From contig CAUVXB020000002.1 of assembly GCA_963555825.3 (NCBI GenBank), positions 3,264,001-3,328,000 on the forward strand: 64,000 bases of DNA. The letters run 5' to 3'. This DNA comes from Alphaproteobacteria bacterium (GTDB taxonomy: Bacteria; Pseudomonadota; Alphaproteobacteria; JAAXGF01). The notes under the pieces are model-generated. The model had not been told where the DNA came from and did no database searches. It saw only the letters and a program-made list of their open reading frames with translations. A program made the translations under genes and the position numbers. Shown here one piece after another: positions 10,948-20,876 of this stretch (positions are counted from its first letter, which is position 1; every line of letters starts with the position of its first letter).

Positions 10948-11571
10948 ATGTTTGGCAAAGGCGAGAAAGAGGCAGAGAGCGGCCCGGCGCAGCCCGCGCG
11001 GGGCTTCGGCAAGTCCGACAAGGACACGTCCGCGCGCGGCGCCGGCAAGGCGAGCGGCGAGACCTCGGCGATCAGCGCCGACCTCAAGGTCGTCGGCAAT
11101 CTCGAAAGCGCCGGCGACATCCAGGTCGACGGCACCGTGGTGGGCGACATCAACAGCCGCTCGCTGACCGTCGGCGAGGGCGCCCATGCCGAGGGCTCGA
11201 TCACCGCCGAGAAGGTGCGCATCTGCGGCAAGCTGTCGGGCCAGGTGACCGCCGCCTCGGTGTCGATCGCCGCGACCGCGGTCATGAACGGCGACATCAC
11301 CTACCAGGTGCTCTCGATCGAGGAAGGCGCGACGCTCGAGGGCCGCTGCCACAGGGTCGACTCGACCGGCGCCTCGGCCGCCCCAAAGGTCGCCGCGGTC
11401 AAGCCCGCGGCCAGCCCGGCGCCGGCGGCCGCCTCGGGCAGCGGCGGGAGCGGCGGCAGCGCATCGTCGGGCAGCGGCGGCAGCGCCTCGTCGGGCGGCG
11501 GCGGTGGCGGAAGCGCCTCGTCGGGCAGCGGCGGCGGCGCCTCGTCGGGCGCGAAACCGGCCGCCGAGTAG
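10948..11571 (+). CDS. Bactofilin with Gly/Ser-rich C-terminal tail
   Basis: MFGK N-terminal motif; SAISADLKVVGNLESAGDIQVDGTVVGDI...LSIEEGATLEG. Confidence 0.9.
   Translation: MFGKGEKEAESGPAQPARGFGKSDKDTSARGAGKASGETSAISADLKVVGNLESAGDIQVDGTVVGDINSRSLTVGEGAHAEGSITAEKVRICGKLSGQVTAASVSIAATAVMNGDITYQVLSIEEGATLEGRCHRVDSTGASAAPKVAAVKPAASPAPAAASGSGGSGGSASSGSGGSASSGGGGGGSASSGSGGGASSGAKPAAE
11430..11552 (+). repeat. Degenerate tandem repeat GC(C/A)TCGTCGGGC(A/G)GCGGCGGC encoding SASSGSGG units
   Basis: About 5 imperfect units visible in the bactofilin tail. Confidence 0.7.
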
Positions 11572-11654
11572 CGGCGGCGACAATACGCGCCAAAATTCGA
11601 GCTTAACGGGCCGCGGCCGCCGTCGCGGCCCGTTTCATTCGCGAGATCCGCGCC

Positions 11655-11783
11655 CCCTACCCCCACACCTTCTCGGCCGTTTCGCAGAGCACCGCGAGCT
11701 TGGCGCTTTGCTCGTCGATGGTCAGCGCGTTGCCGCCGATCGAGGTGGCGAAGCCGCATTGCGGGCTGATCGCGAGGCGCTCC
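11655..11783 (-). pseudogene. C-terminal remnant of cobalamin-independent methionine synthase II family protein
   Basis: ERLAISPQCGFATSIGGNALTIDEQ, then with a frameshift KLAVLCETAEKVWG*. Confidence 0.65.
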
Positions 11784-11785
11784 TT

Positions 11786-11934
11786 GGGTATATGGCCTTA
11801 AAGTTTCATGACCGTGCCACGCTTCTCACGGCCAGAGACGCCAAGCCTTTCCTGAGGGAGCCGGTCAATCTGCCAACCTATGACTGCGAACTGTTCTTCG
11901 ATATCGAAGTCGACCCGATGCGGGACATTTGTTC
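11786..11934 (+). pseudogene. Internal fragment of TM0106-family RecB/RNase H-like nuclease
   Basis: ELFFDIEVDPMRDIC motif; ends at the IS1380 left end. Confidence 0.45.
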
Positions 11935-13612
11935 CCGGATTTCCCAGATAGATAACAATTTCACATACTTTGGACGCCGATTCTGATATAAAAATCAATA
12001 CATTGAGGCGATACAGGGGGCTCGGCAATGGCGTACCCGATGGGTGAAGCGAAACCGGAGCCTCTTCGGGTCGATTTCGACTGTCGCCTGAAGCTGGAAT
12101 TCCCCGGCAGCAAGATCACCTCGGACGCTGGCCTACTGGCCTACCGCGAGCTGGACGATGTTCTCGGCCTGACCAACCTCGGTGGCGCGGCGTTGTCGGA
12201 CCTGCGGCGCGGCAAGAATACGCGCCACCTGCTGACGGGCCTGTTGCGGCAATCGGTCTATGGCCGCTTGGCCGGATACGAGGATGTCAACGATGCCGAG
12301 CGACTGTCGCTCGACCCGGCGATGCGAGCCATCGTCGACTGCAAGGGCCTTGATCGTCGTGCCGCCTCGACCAGTCAGATGGGGCGCTTCGAAACGGAGT
12401 GGTTGGCAACGGAAGAGAACTTTGCCGTGCTAAATTATCTGCCCGGCGCATGGATCGACCGGGTTCATGATCGCAAGATACCGAAGATCATCATCCTCGA
12501 CATGGACAGCTCCGTCAGCCCGACCCACGGTGGTCAGGAGGGCTCCGCCTACAACGGCCATTTCGGGTGTTCCTGCTATCACCCTCTTTTCGTGTTCAAC
12601 CAGTTCGGCGATCTTGAGCGATGCGCCTTGCGCGCCGGCAACGTCCATAGCGCTCATGGCTGGCGCGACGTTCTGGAACACGTGGTCGCCCGGTATCGGG
12701 ATCGCAGGCTGCGGCGCTACTTCCGAGGCGATGCAGCCTTTGCCTCACCGGATCTCTATGAGTTCCTGGAAGCCGAGGGCTACAAGTACGCCATCCGTCT
12801 CAAGGCCAACGCGGTTCTTCAGGAAAGCATCGTCCATCTGCTGACCCGCCCCGTCGGTCGCCCGCCCAACCATGTTCGCCGCTTCCATGCCAGCTTCAGC
12901 TATCAGGCAGGTTCGTGGAGCAGCAAGCGCCGGGTGGTCGCCAAGATCGAGTGGCATCCGGGCCAGCTATTTTTCCGCGTGTGGGGTTCATCGTAACCAA
13001 CCTGTCGCGGCCCGCCGAGCGGGTGACGAAGTTCTACAACGGCAGGGGCACAGCGGAGCAGTACATCAAGGAAGGCAAGAACGCGATCAACTGGACGCGG
13101 CTGTCATGTCACAGCTTCCGCAACAACGAGGTGCGACTTCAGCTGCACGCCTTGGCCTACAACCTGGCCAACTTCATGCGAACATTGGCTTTGCCGAAGG
13201 AGGTCGAGCACTGGTCGTTGACCACGCTGCGGGAGAAGCTGGTGAAGATCGGCGCGAAGGTGGTCAGTCACGGGCGGTACGTCACCTTCCAACTAGCGGA
13301 GGTCGCCGTCCCAAGAGCCCTGTTCGCTGAGATCCTGCGCCTCATTGACGGCCTGCGGCCGGCGCCGTTGCCGCCATGACGACGGCCCACCCACCAGAAT
13401 CCAGATCGGCCGACAGCACAGCTGTGTCCGACGAAGGCCAAGCCCCGCCCTTAGTGCATGAAATGGCGCCTGGACAGCGATTCCCGTCTCCAAATCAGGT
13501 AGATATGGAGCGGGGCCCGTTTTGGCGCGCCGGTTTACTGCCGGAGTCGCCGTGGGAAGCGCATCCTGTTACCATCATCGCCAACCTGGGAGAGCCAATT
13601 GGGGAATCCCGG
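11935..13612 (+). mobile_element. IS1380-family element with frameshifted transposase (12028-13379)
   Basis: CCGG...CCGG imperfect IRs; LDMDSS, RGDAAF and RGTAEQYIKEGK motifs; frameshift in the T-run near 12970. Confidence 0.9.
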
Positions 13613-13706
13613 CTAAAGAACGATTCATGTTGAACGGTGACTCATGCTAAACAGTGATTTATGTAAATCAATCAATGATGCTTAACAGAGAATAGGGAGG
13701 TTCAAA

Positions 13707-14726
13707 ATGCATCTTCGCAACAAAATTCTGGCGACGATTTCCATCCTTGCGGTGGGCTTCGCCATGGTGGCACCGACCGGCCTCGGAGCGGCCGGGCTGC
13801 CCGACATGATGGAGAAGCCCGGTGGCTTTCCCGAACGGCCCCTTTCCATGATCGTGCCTTACGGTCCCGGCGGCGGTTCGGGCCAGATTTCCCGCGCCAT
13901 GATCCAGGGCGTCAAGGACGCCGCCGGCATCGACATCACGCCCGATTACAAGTCTGGCGGTTCCGGAATGGTCGGGCTCAAGACCTACATGGCGGCGCCG
14001 GCCGATGGCTACACGGTGTTGGAGCACATTGACGACGCGTCCAGCGCCTACGTCATCGGCAAGTCCAAGATTCACCCGGCGAAGGACCTCATTCCCCTGG
14101 TCATAGCCCAGATCACCTTCAGCCAAATCTACATCCGGGCCGAAGAGACCCGTTTCAACGATTGGGCTTCCTACGTCAAGTTCGTCAAGGGCAAGGGCGG
14201 CAAGTCGACCATCGCCAATGTCTCGGGCGAGGGCTCCATGGAGCGGATCAACATGAACCGCATCGCCAGCCACTTCGGCTTCAAGGTGCAGCAGATCAGC
14301 TTCGACAAGGGTGGCCCCAGGTACGCGGCCCTCAAGGGCGGCCAGGTTGACGCTCTTTTCGAGCAACCGGGCGACGTCCGCGGGTTCCTGGAAAGCGGCG
14401 ACTTCAAGCCTATCCTGTCCCTGCTGTTTAAGCGTCCCGCGGCATTCGCCGACGTGCCCTCGATGACGGACGTGGGACTCACCTTCGAGCCGCTAATGCG
14501 ATTCCGCGGGTTCTACGTCAACAAAAACGCGCCGGCGGACCGGGTGAAGTACCTCCAGTGGGCCTTCCAGAAGGGTTTCCACACGGACAGCTACCAGGCC
14601 TTCAATAAGAAGAAGTACATGGACCTGATTCCCAGTTTTCGGGACACCGAAGGCGCCAAGAAGCTGATCATCGACACCATGAAAGTCTACGAGAGGGTTT
14701 TCAAGAAAATGGGATTGATCAAGTAA
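13707..14726 (+). CDS. tctC: Tripartite tricarboxylate transporter substrate-binding protein (TctC/Bug)
   Basis: Signal peptide; FPERPLSMIVPYGPGGG, AAPADGYT, ALKGGQVD. Confidence 0.85.
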   Translation: MHLRNKILATISILAVGFAMVAPTGLGAAGLPDMMEKPGGFPERPLSMIVPYGPGGGSGQISRAMIQGVKDAAGIDITPDYKSGGSGMVGLKTYMAAPADGYTVLEHIDDASSAYVIGKSKIHPAKDLIPLVIAQITFSQIYIRAEETRFNDWASYVKFVKGKGGKSTIANVSGEGSMERINMNRIASHFGFKVQQISFDKGGPRYAALKGGQVDALFEQPGDVRGFLESGDFKPILSLLFKRPAAFADVPSMTDVGLTFEPLMRFRGFYVNKNAPADRVKYLQWAFQKGFHTDSYQAFNKKKYMDLIPSFRDTEGAKKLIIDTMKVYERVFKKMGLIK

Positions 14727-14753
14727 CCCCTGCTCCTTGAACTTTCCGCAACA

Positions 14754-14787
14754 GGGCTCCGGTGGGGAATCCCCCCGCCGGAGTTCG
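14754..14787 (+). terminator. Intergenic stem-loop after tctC (attenuating terminator or mRNA stabiliser)
   Basis: GGCTCCGGTGGGG-AATC-CCCCGCCGGAGTT GC-rich hairpin without a U-tract. Confidence 0.45.
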
Positions 14788-14805
14788 ACTTGAAGGGGTA
14801 CATCC

Positions 14806-15336
14806 ATGAGCCGACTGACCCCCGGCCAATGGTTCGAAGTGGCAGTGTGGATCGGTTTCGCTGCGTTCGCCTACGCCATGACCTTCACCTTCGACCGGGA
14901 AATAGAGATGTACAAGTTCGGGGCCGCCGGTTGGCCCCGGGTGGTGATCGGGCTGATCGTCGTCGCCGCCGTCGGCCAGCTCCTGCAGGACCTGAAGGCG
15001 GGCCAGCCGGCCGGTCATCAGGATACCGGCGAATTCGTCAAGAGTTCCCAACACGGGTTCCAATTCTACGTCCGCATGGGAATTACCCTGGCCCTCCCCA
15101 TCGTCTATGCCAGCCTGCTCAACGGCACCGGGTACTACTTCACCACGCCGCTGTTTCTCGCCGCCTACCTCTACATGACCGGCGTCCGCCAGGCGCGGCC
15201 GCTGATCGTGGTGCCCCTGGTCATCTACGTTGTCGTGACCTTCACCTTCACCCGCATACTCTACGTCGGCCTGCCCACCGGCTACTGGCCCGGGTTTTAC
15301 GATTTCAGCAACTGGCTGATCGTCCTCATCCGCTGA
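14806..15336 (+). CDS. tctB: TTT small permease TctB
   Basis: Four to five TM segments, GAAGWPR and LYVGLPTG motifs; lies between tctC and tctA. Confidence 0.8.
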   Translation: MSRLTPGQWFEVAVWIGFAAFAYAMTFTFDREIEMYKFGAAGWPRVVIGLIVVAAVGQLLQDLKAGQPAGHQDTGEFVKSSQHGFQFYVRMGITLALPIVYASLLNGTGYYFTTPLFLAAYLYMTGVRQARPLIVVPLVIYVVVTFTFTRILYVGLPTGYWPGFYDFSNWLIVLIR

Positions 15337-15355
15337 GCGCCGCCCGGAAAATACC

Positions 15356-16834
15356 ATGGAAAATTTTATCGACGGCAGCCTGACCCTGTTCAGCAGCCCC
15401 CTCAGCGTCCTCATATTCTTCTGCGGGCTGATCGGAGGGCTGCTGTTCGGCGCCATCCCCGGCATCAACATGCTGACCCTGGCCGCCATCTTCCTGCCTT
15501 TCTCGGGACTGCTGACGGCCAGCGATGCCATCATGTTCTATTCGGTGCTCTATTGTTCGGGCACCTACGGCGGCGCCGTGACGGCCATCCTGTTCAACAT
15601 ACCGGGCGCCCCGGAGAACGCGCCGACGGCCTTCGATGGCTATCCCATGACCCAACAGGGCCAAGCCGGCAAGGCCATCGGCGCCGCGGTGCTCTGTTCG
15701 GCCTTCGGCGGTACCTGCTCGGTCCTCCTGATGATGGCGGCGACGCCCTTGCTGGCGGATGTGGCAGTGGTCTATTTCGGCCCGCCGGAAATCTTCGCCC
15801 TGGTCTTCTTCGGCATCGCGGTCGCCTCCTCGGTGGGCGCCAAGTCCCTGTGGAAGGGCTGGCTGTCGGTGTTGCTGGGCCTGATGTTGGCGACCGTGGG
15901 ACTGGACCCGGTGGCCGGCATCGAACGCTACAACTTCGACTTTGTCTATCTTCTGGCGGGCCTTCACTTCATTCCTATCATCCTCGGCTTCTTCGCCGTC
16001 TCGGAGGTCTTCGTGCAAGCCGAAAAACGGGTGAAGGGCATCTACGACATGCCCAAGTTCGCCACCAGTTTTCCTTCCCTTGCCGAATTCTGGAAGCTCA
16101 AGCTCGCCGTCGCCCGGTCGGTGGTGCTCGGCTTTTTCGCCGGCATCCTGCCCGGCATAGGCGCCACCCTGGCCGCCTTCCTCAGCTACAACGAGGCCGT
16201 CCGCTGGTCGAACACGCCGGAGAAATTCGGCAAGGGCGAACTGGAAGGCGTGGTGGCGTCCGAGACCGCCAACAACGCGGCCACGGGCGCCGCCATGATA
16301 CCGCTGCTGGCGCTGGGCCTGCCGGGCGGGGCGCTGACGGCGATGATGGTCGGCGTCTTCCAGATGCACGACATCGAGCCGGGACCCCTGGTCTTCATCA
16401 ATACCAGCGACCTGGTGTGGGTCGTCTTCGCCGCCATGTTCTACGCCAACATCGCCATCCTGGTGCTGGGATTCGTGGAAACCAAGACGGTGCTGCACCT
16501 GTTGAAAATACCGTTCCAGTACCTGTCGCCGGCGATCCTGCTTATGTCCACCGTCGGCGCCTACGCGGTGCGCAGCCTGCCCATGGACGTGCTTGTCATG
16601 TTCGCCGCCGGTCTCCTCGCCTACCTGCTCAGGCGCACCGGATATTCGGTGGCCGGCATCATCCTCGGCCTCATCCTGGGCAAGCTGGGTGAGCAGAACT
16701 TCGCCCAATCCATGCAGATGGTGAGTTATGACATGTGGGAGTTCATCAGCCGGCCCATCGTCGCCGTCCTGGTGTTCGCCGCGCTCGCCACCATCGTCGC
16801 CAACGTGATCAGTGCGCTCAGGGGACGCCGCTAG
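15356..16834 (+). CDS. tctA: TTT large permease TctA
   Basis: YGGAVTAILFNIPGAP, TAFDGYPM, GILPGIG, ETANNA. Confidence 0.92.
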   Translation: MENFIDGSLTLFSSPLSVLIFFCGLIGGLLFGAIPGINMLTLAAIFLPFSGLLTASDAIMFYSVLYCSGTYGGAVTAILFNIPGAPENAPTAFDGYPMTQQGQAGKAIGAAVLCSAFGGTCSVLLMMAATPLLADVAVVYFGPPEIFALVFFGIAVASSVGAKSLWKGWLSVLLGLMLATVGLDPVAGIERYNFDFVYLLAGLHFIPIILGFFAVSEVFVQAEKRVKGIYDMPKFATSFPSLAEFWKLKLAVARSVVLGFFAGILPGIGATLAAFLSYNEAVRWSNTPEKFGKGELEGVVASETANNAATGAAMIPLLALGLPGGALTAMMVGVFQMHDIEPGPLVFINTSDLVWVVFAAMFYANIAILVLGFVETKTVLHLLKIPFQYLSPAILLMSTVGAYAVRSLPMDVLVMFAAGLLAYLLRRTGYSVAGIILGLILGKLGEQNFAQSMQMVSYDMWEFISRPIVAVLVFAALATIVANVISALRGRR

Positions 16835-16895
16835 AGGATTGAACGCTGAGGCTTCCGGGTCCATCTTGCCGGCAGATAGACCGGAGAAAACGACC

Positions 16896-18314
16896 GTGAA
16901 CCTGAAATCATCCGCCGCCGCGGACAGCCCCGAGGCCGTCGTCCAAGGGCTCGTGGAAAAGGCCCGCGCCGCCATGGACGCCTTCGCCGGCGCCGATCAG
17001 GCCCGGGTGGACGAGGCCGTGACCGCCATCGCCTGGTCCATCTACGAGCCGGGCCGGGCGCGCCAGTTGGCCGAAATCGCCGTCCGCGACACCGGCCTCG
17101 GCAACGTGGAAAGCAAGGTCGTCAAGAACCGGCGCAAGACCTTCGGCTGCCTGCGCGATCTCATGCGGGTGCGCACCGTCGGCGTCATCGACGACGATGA
17201 GGCGACGGGCATCGTCAAGTACGCCAAGCCCGTCGGCGTTGTCTGCGCCGTGGCGCCGTCCACCAACCCGGCGGCGACGCCCGTGAACAAGGCCATGTTC
17301 GCCGTCAAGGGCGGGAACGCGGCGATCATCGCCCCCAGCCCGGCCGGCCTGGGGGCGACGACGCTGACGGTGGAATTCATGCGGGCCGAGTTGAAACGGA
17401 TCGGCGCGCCGCCTGACCTGGTGCAGGTGCTGGGGCCGCCGGTGGACAAGGCCATGACCCAGGCCCTGATGGAAGCCTCGGACCTGGTGGTGGTCACGGG
17501 GTCGCGGAACAACGTGCACCGGGCCTATTCCTCGGGCACGCCGGCCATCGGGGTGGGACCCGGCAACGTTCCGGTGATCATCGATTCCAGCGCCGATCTC
17601 AAGGATGCGGCGGAAAAGATCTGCGCCTCCAAGATCTTCGACAACGCCACATCTTGCTCGTCGGAGAACTCGGTCATTATCCTGGACGACGTCTATGACG
17701 ATGCCTTGGCCGCCCTCGAGGCCGCCGGCGGCTACCTGTGCTCGGCGGACGAAAAGGGGATGATCGAGCGCACGCTGTGGACCGACGGCCATCTCAACCG
17801 CCGTGTGATCGCCAAGGACGCCCCGGTATTCGCCGCCGAATGCGGCTTAGGCGGCGCCCCCGTGACGGCCAAGTTCTTCATGGTCGAGGACGTTGGCGCC
17901 GACAGCCCGTTTGCCGACGAGAAGCTGTCCCTGGTGCTCACGGTCTATCGGGCGGCCGATTTCGACGCCGCCTTCGACCAGGTCCTGGCCGTGCTCCAGG
18001 TCTGCGGGAAGGGCCATTCGGTCGGCATCCACGGCCATGACGAGGGCCATATCCGGCGCCTGGCCCGGGACCTGGACGTGGTCCGGGTGCTGGTCAACCA
18101 GGCCCATACCTTCGGCAACGGGGGCAGTTTCACCAACGGCCTCAACTTCACCCTGTCCATGGGCTGCGGCACCTGGGCGGGTAACTCCATCAGCGAGAAC
18201 CTGAACTACCGGCACTTCATCAACGTCACCCACCTGGTGCGCGAAATCCCCGAGGACAAGCCCAGCGAAGAGGAGCTTTTCGGCCCCCACTGGGAAAAGT
18301 ACGGGACCCCATGA
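16896..18314 (+). CDS. sauS: Acylating sulfoacetaldehyde dehydrogenase
   Basis: [38 protein letters not shown] and LSMGCGTW, colinear with SauS. Confidence 0.8.
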   Translation: MNLKSSAAADSPEAVVQGLVEKARAAMDAFAGADQARVDEAVTAIAWSIYEPGRARQLAEIAVRDTGLGNVESKVVKNRRKTFGCLRDLMRVRTVGVIDDDEATGIVKYAKPVGVVCAVAPSTNPAATPVNKAMFAVKGGNAAIIAPSPAGLGATTLTVEFMRAELKRIGAPPDLVQVLGPPVDKAMTQALMEASDLVVVTGSRNNVHRAYSSGTPAIGVGPGNVPVIIDSSADLKDAAEKICASKIFDNATSCSSENSVIILDDVYDDALAALEAAGGYLCSADEKGMIERTLWTDGHLNRRVIAKDAPVFAAECGLGGAPVTAKFFMVEDVGADSPFADEKLSLVLTVYRAADFDAAFDQVLAVLQVCGKGHSVGIHGHDEGHIRRLARDLDVVRVLVNQAHTFGNGGSFTNGLNFTLSMGCGTWAGNSISENLNYRHFINVTHLVREIPEDKPSEEELFGPHWEKYGTP

Positions 18315-18468
18315 ACTTCGAGGAGCACGCTGCCAAGCCGCTCCTGGCCGGGGCCGGCATCGCCGTTCCCGAAGGCCGCCTGGCCCGCAGCGCAGACGAA
18401 GCGGAACGGGCCGCGACCGCGCTCGGGCCGGTGATGGTCAAGGCCCAGGTGGCGGCGGGAAAGCGGGC
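18311..18468 (+). pseudogene. 5' fragment of SucC-like ADP-forming acyl-CoA ligase beta subunit (possible SauC)
   Basis: [17 protein letters not shown]...VMVKAQV..GKR, overlapping the sauS stop (ATGA); switches abruptly to AT-richer DNA. Confidence 0.75.
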
Positions 18469-18470
18469 TG

Positions 18471-19163
18471 ATGGTGTTCTCTCTAATGGGTGCGAATGGG
18501 TATAAATTTGCTGAGAATATTGGGCTTCAGCCGGTCAGGGAACAGATAATGAACCCTGAAAAGAAGATACTCCAAGGCGGGTTCATTGGAAAAATGCGAC
18601 TTGATTCCAGCGATTATCGTAAACTCGATAGACCAATAGTATTCATGTGTCGGACGGGGAGCCTTCCATTTTGGATAGTTCCCATGCGGGGTGACAATGC
18701 TGTCTTCCTATCGTGCGGAGGGACAGAGCCGATTGATAAACTTGTAATGAATCCAAAGGAAGCAAATATTCCGTTCGGTTCATTGGTCGGTTGGCTGTCA
18801 CGGAGATTCAATAGTTCTTCTTCGATTGGGGGCACTGTAGGTGAAGAGGGTAATGATTGTTATAGTTCTCTTGCAGGCACTGTTGGTGGTCCTTTCGCCA
18901 CCAGTAAAGGAGGGTGGCTATTTGTTATGGTCTTCCACCAAGAAAAGGATTTCGTGGCGCTACCATACTGGCCAGAGGACGGTCTTCCAACCTCAGATGG
19001 GCTTAACGTGATTGACATGTTCAGCGAGCAGGAGGCTGTCGGGCGGAAATTGGACAAATCTCAGTTGGCGACTACGAATTTTGGATCATGGGCCAGAAAT
19101 CTTTCTGTATCACGCAGACCGATGGATGGTGAGCGAGGGCAGAAGGAAGAATCGGATTCCTAG
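18471..19163 (+). CDS. Hypothetical protein, AT-richer, probably 5'-truncated
   Basis: 230-codon ORF with atypical composition; no motif recognised. Confidence 0.45.
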   Translation: MVFSLMGANGYKFAENIGLQPVREQIMNPEKKILQGGFIGKMRLDSSDYRKLDRPIVFMCRTGSLPFWIVPMRGDNAVFLSCGGTEPIDKLVMNPKEANIPFGSLVGWLSRRFNSSSSIGGTVGEEGNDCYSSLAGTVGGPFATSKGGWLFVMVFHQEKDFVALPYWPEDGLPTSDGLNVIDMFSEQEAVGRKLDKSQLATTNFGSWARNLSVSRRPMDGERGQKEESDS

Positions 19164-19693
19164 ACCGCCGTTGCGGCGGATCGCCGGGATAGTGGTTAGG
19201 TATGTACACGTATCAGCCTGTTCCGGATCGGTGGCGGAGGAATGGGGAGCGTGAGGGGAGGCGCCGAACGGCTGGGAACCGCGGATCAGGTGCCAGGAGA
19301 ATCCGTGGCGCTTTGGTTGAGGGAAACGCCCTCGCAGGGACGGAATGTTACGGCGACGGACTTAACCGGCACGCCGGTCGACTGTGGGAGCGGCATGCGC
19401 GTGGCGGATAGAATCGCATCGTGATGGACAGGGATGGCAAAGAGGAATACGCGGGCGTGTGGGGCGTTGACAGGGGCTTCACCGACAAGAGGCCATGTTG
19501 ACACTGGCCGGTGTGGGCGGGGACGGCGGCGGGTGGGACCGCACGGCAGTCGAGGGCCGGTCGAGCGCGGAATCGCTAGAGATGCCGGGCAGGACGTGCA
19601 CGCGCAGGCGTGCACTGCGACAGGCTCTCGTGACCGCGCGGCCGAGAAGGGGTTCGGCGCAGGTTACCTCAGCGGGCTGCGGTCCATGTAAGG

Positions 19694-20861
19694 ATGACGG
19701 GGATGGATCTTGATCGATCGGCCGCAACGAAGCTCCACGACGTCTTCATCTGTCATGCGAGCGAGGACAAGGACGAGTTCGTCCGTCTGCTGGCGGAAGC
19801 GCTGCGAACCCATCACCTGGAGGTGTGGTACGACGAATTTGCGCTCGAGGTTGGGGACAGTCTGCGCGAGGCGATCGATCGAGGTCTCGCCGCCTCGCAC
19901 TACGGCATAGTCGTGCTCAGTCCGAGTTTCTTTCGCAAGCGCTGGCCGAGGCGCGAGCTGAATGGTTTGGTGGCCCGTGAGATGGCGGAGGACCGCGGGG
20001 TGATCCTGCCGATCTGGCACCATGTGGATCGCGACGAGGTCGTGGCGTTCTCGCCCCCCCTTGCCGATCTTCGCGCGGCGGTATCCGCGTCGGGGATGGC
20101 GAACGTGGTGGGGCAGCTGCTGAAGAAGCTTCAGCCGGACGGCAGTCCGTTGGTGGCAGCAAGGGACATTCTCATTGAGAAGGGACTGTCGCCACCGGTC
20201 GTCACCGATGAGTGGTGGCTCGACATTGTCGAGATCAAGGAAGGCCGGTTTCTGTACCCCGATTTGAATCTGGAATGGCGGTGGATTTTTCCGCTGCCCT
20301 ATCCTGCGGGCTCCCGAGCCGCGGAGCGAGGAGCGAACATCGCCTGGACGGCACTGCAGCTCGATTGGGCGCAGGATGGCAGGGAGCGGAAGATTTGCCA
20401 GTTGACGCACCCGGAATTGGTGCACGATTACCTTCGACAATGGCCCGGTCTTGTCGAATGTGCGCAGGCAAATCCTGCAACGCTGGCACTCTATGCTCCA
20501 CAGCTGACCATTCCGGGATTTGATGGTGAGTTTAGGGAAGCGTTCGACGAACTGACCTCACCGGACAGGACGTCGAGTTGCGATGCGTTTCGCTATGGCG
20601 GGGCAGACACTGTGGACGGCAACCAGCCACTGTGTGGAGACTTTGTCGCCTGGCGGCATCCGACCTACGGCAACTATACGCCGGGCGAGATGAGCTACGA
20701 GTTCGTGAATTGCCACGACGGATCCTACTCCCGTCAGGTCTTCAATGGCTTCCAGTGCCTGATATGGCTGCTGTGCGACGAGTCGCGGTGGATGCCTGAA
20801 GAGCTGAGGGAGACGCTCAAGCGTGGCTTCAGAGAACGGGTGTCGTGGTGGGTGAACGAGG
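19694..20861 (+). pseudogene. TIR-domain protein, 3'-truncated
   Basis: DVFICHASEDKDEFVR...VWYDEF.L.VGDSL..AIDRGL....GIVVLS..FF.K.WP.REL; the ORF tail to 20968 reads through IS DNA. Confidence 0.85.
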
Positions 20862-20876
20862 GTGCTGTCAACTTAA

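Noticed and set aside
11430-11552. CRISPR-like repeat array
   Set aside because: Coding low-complexity repeat without unique spacers; no cas genes or arrays seen in the window
12960-12996. Programmed frameshift in IS1380
   Set aside because: The related transposase at 21075-22424 is continuous; a homopolymer indel or sequencing error is more likely
15326-16975. Long antisense ORFs (also 38620-40026, 61773-63275, 30377-31813, 22799-24049)
   Set aside because: Shadow frames of high-GC genes with no recognisable motifs
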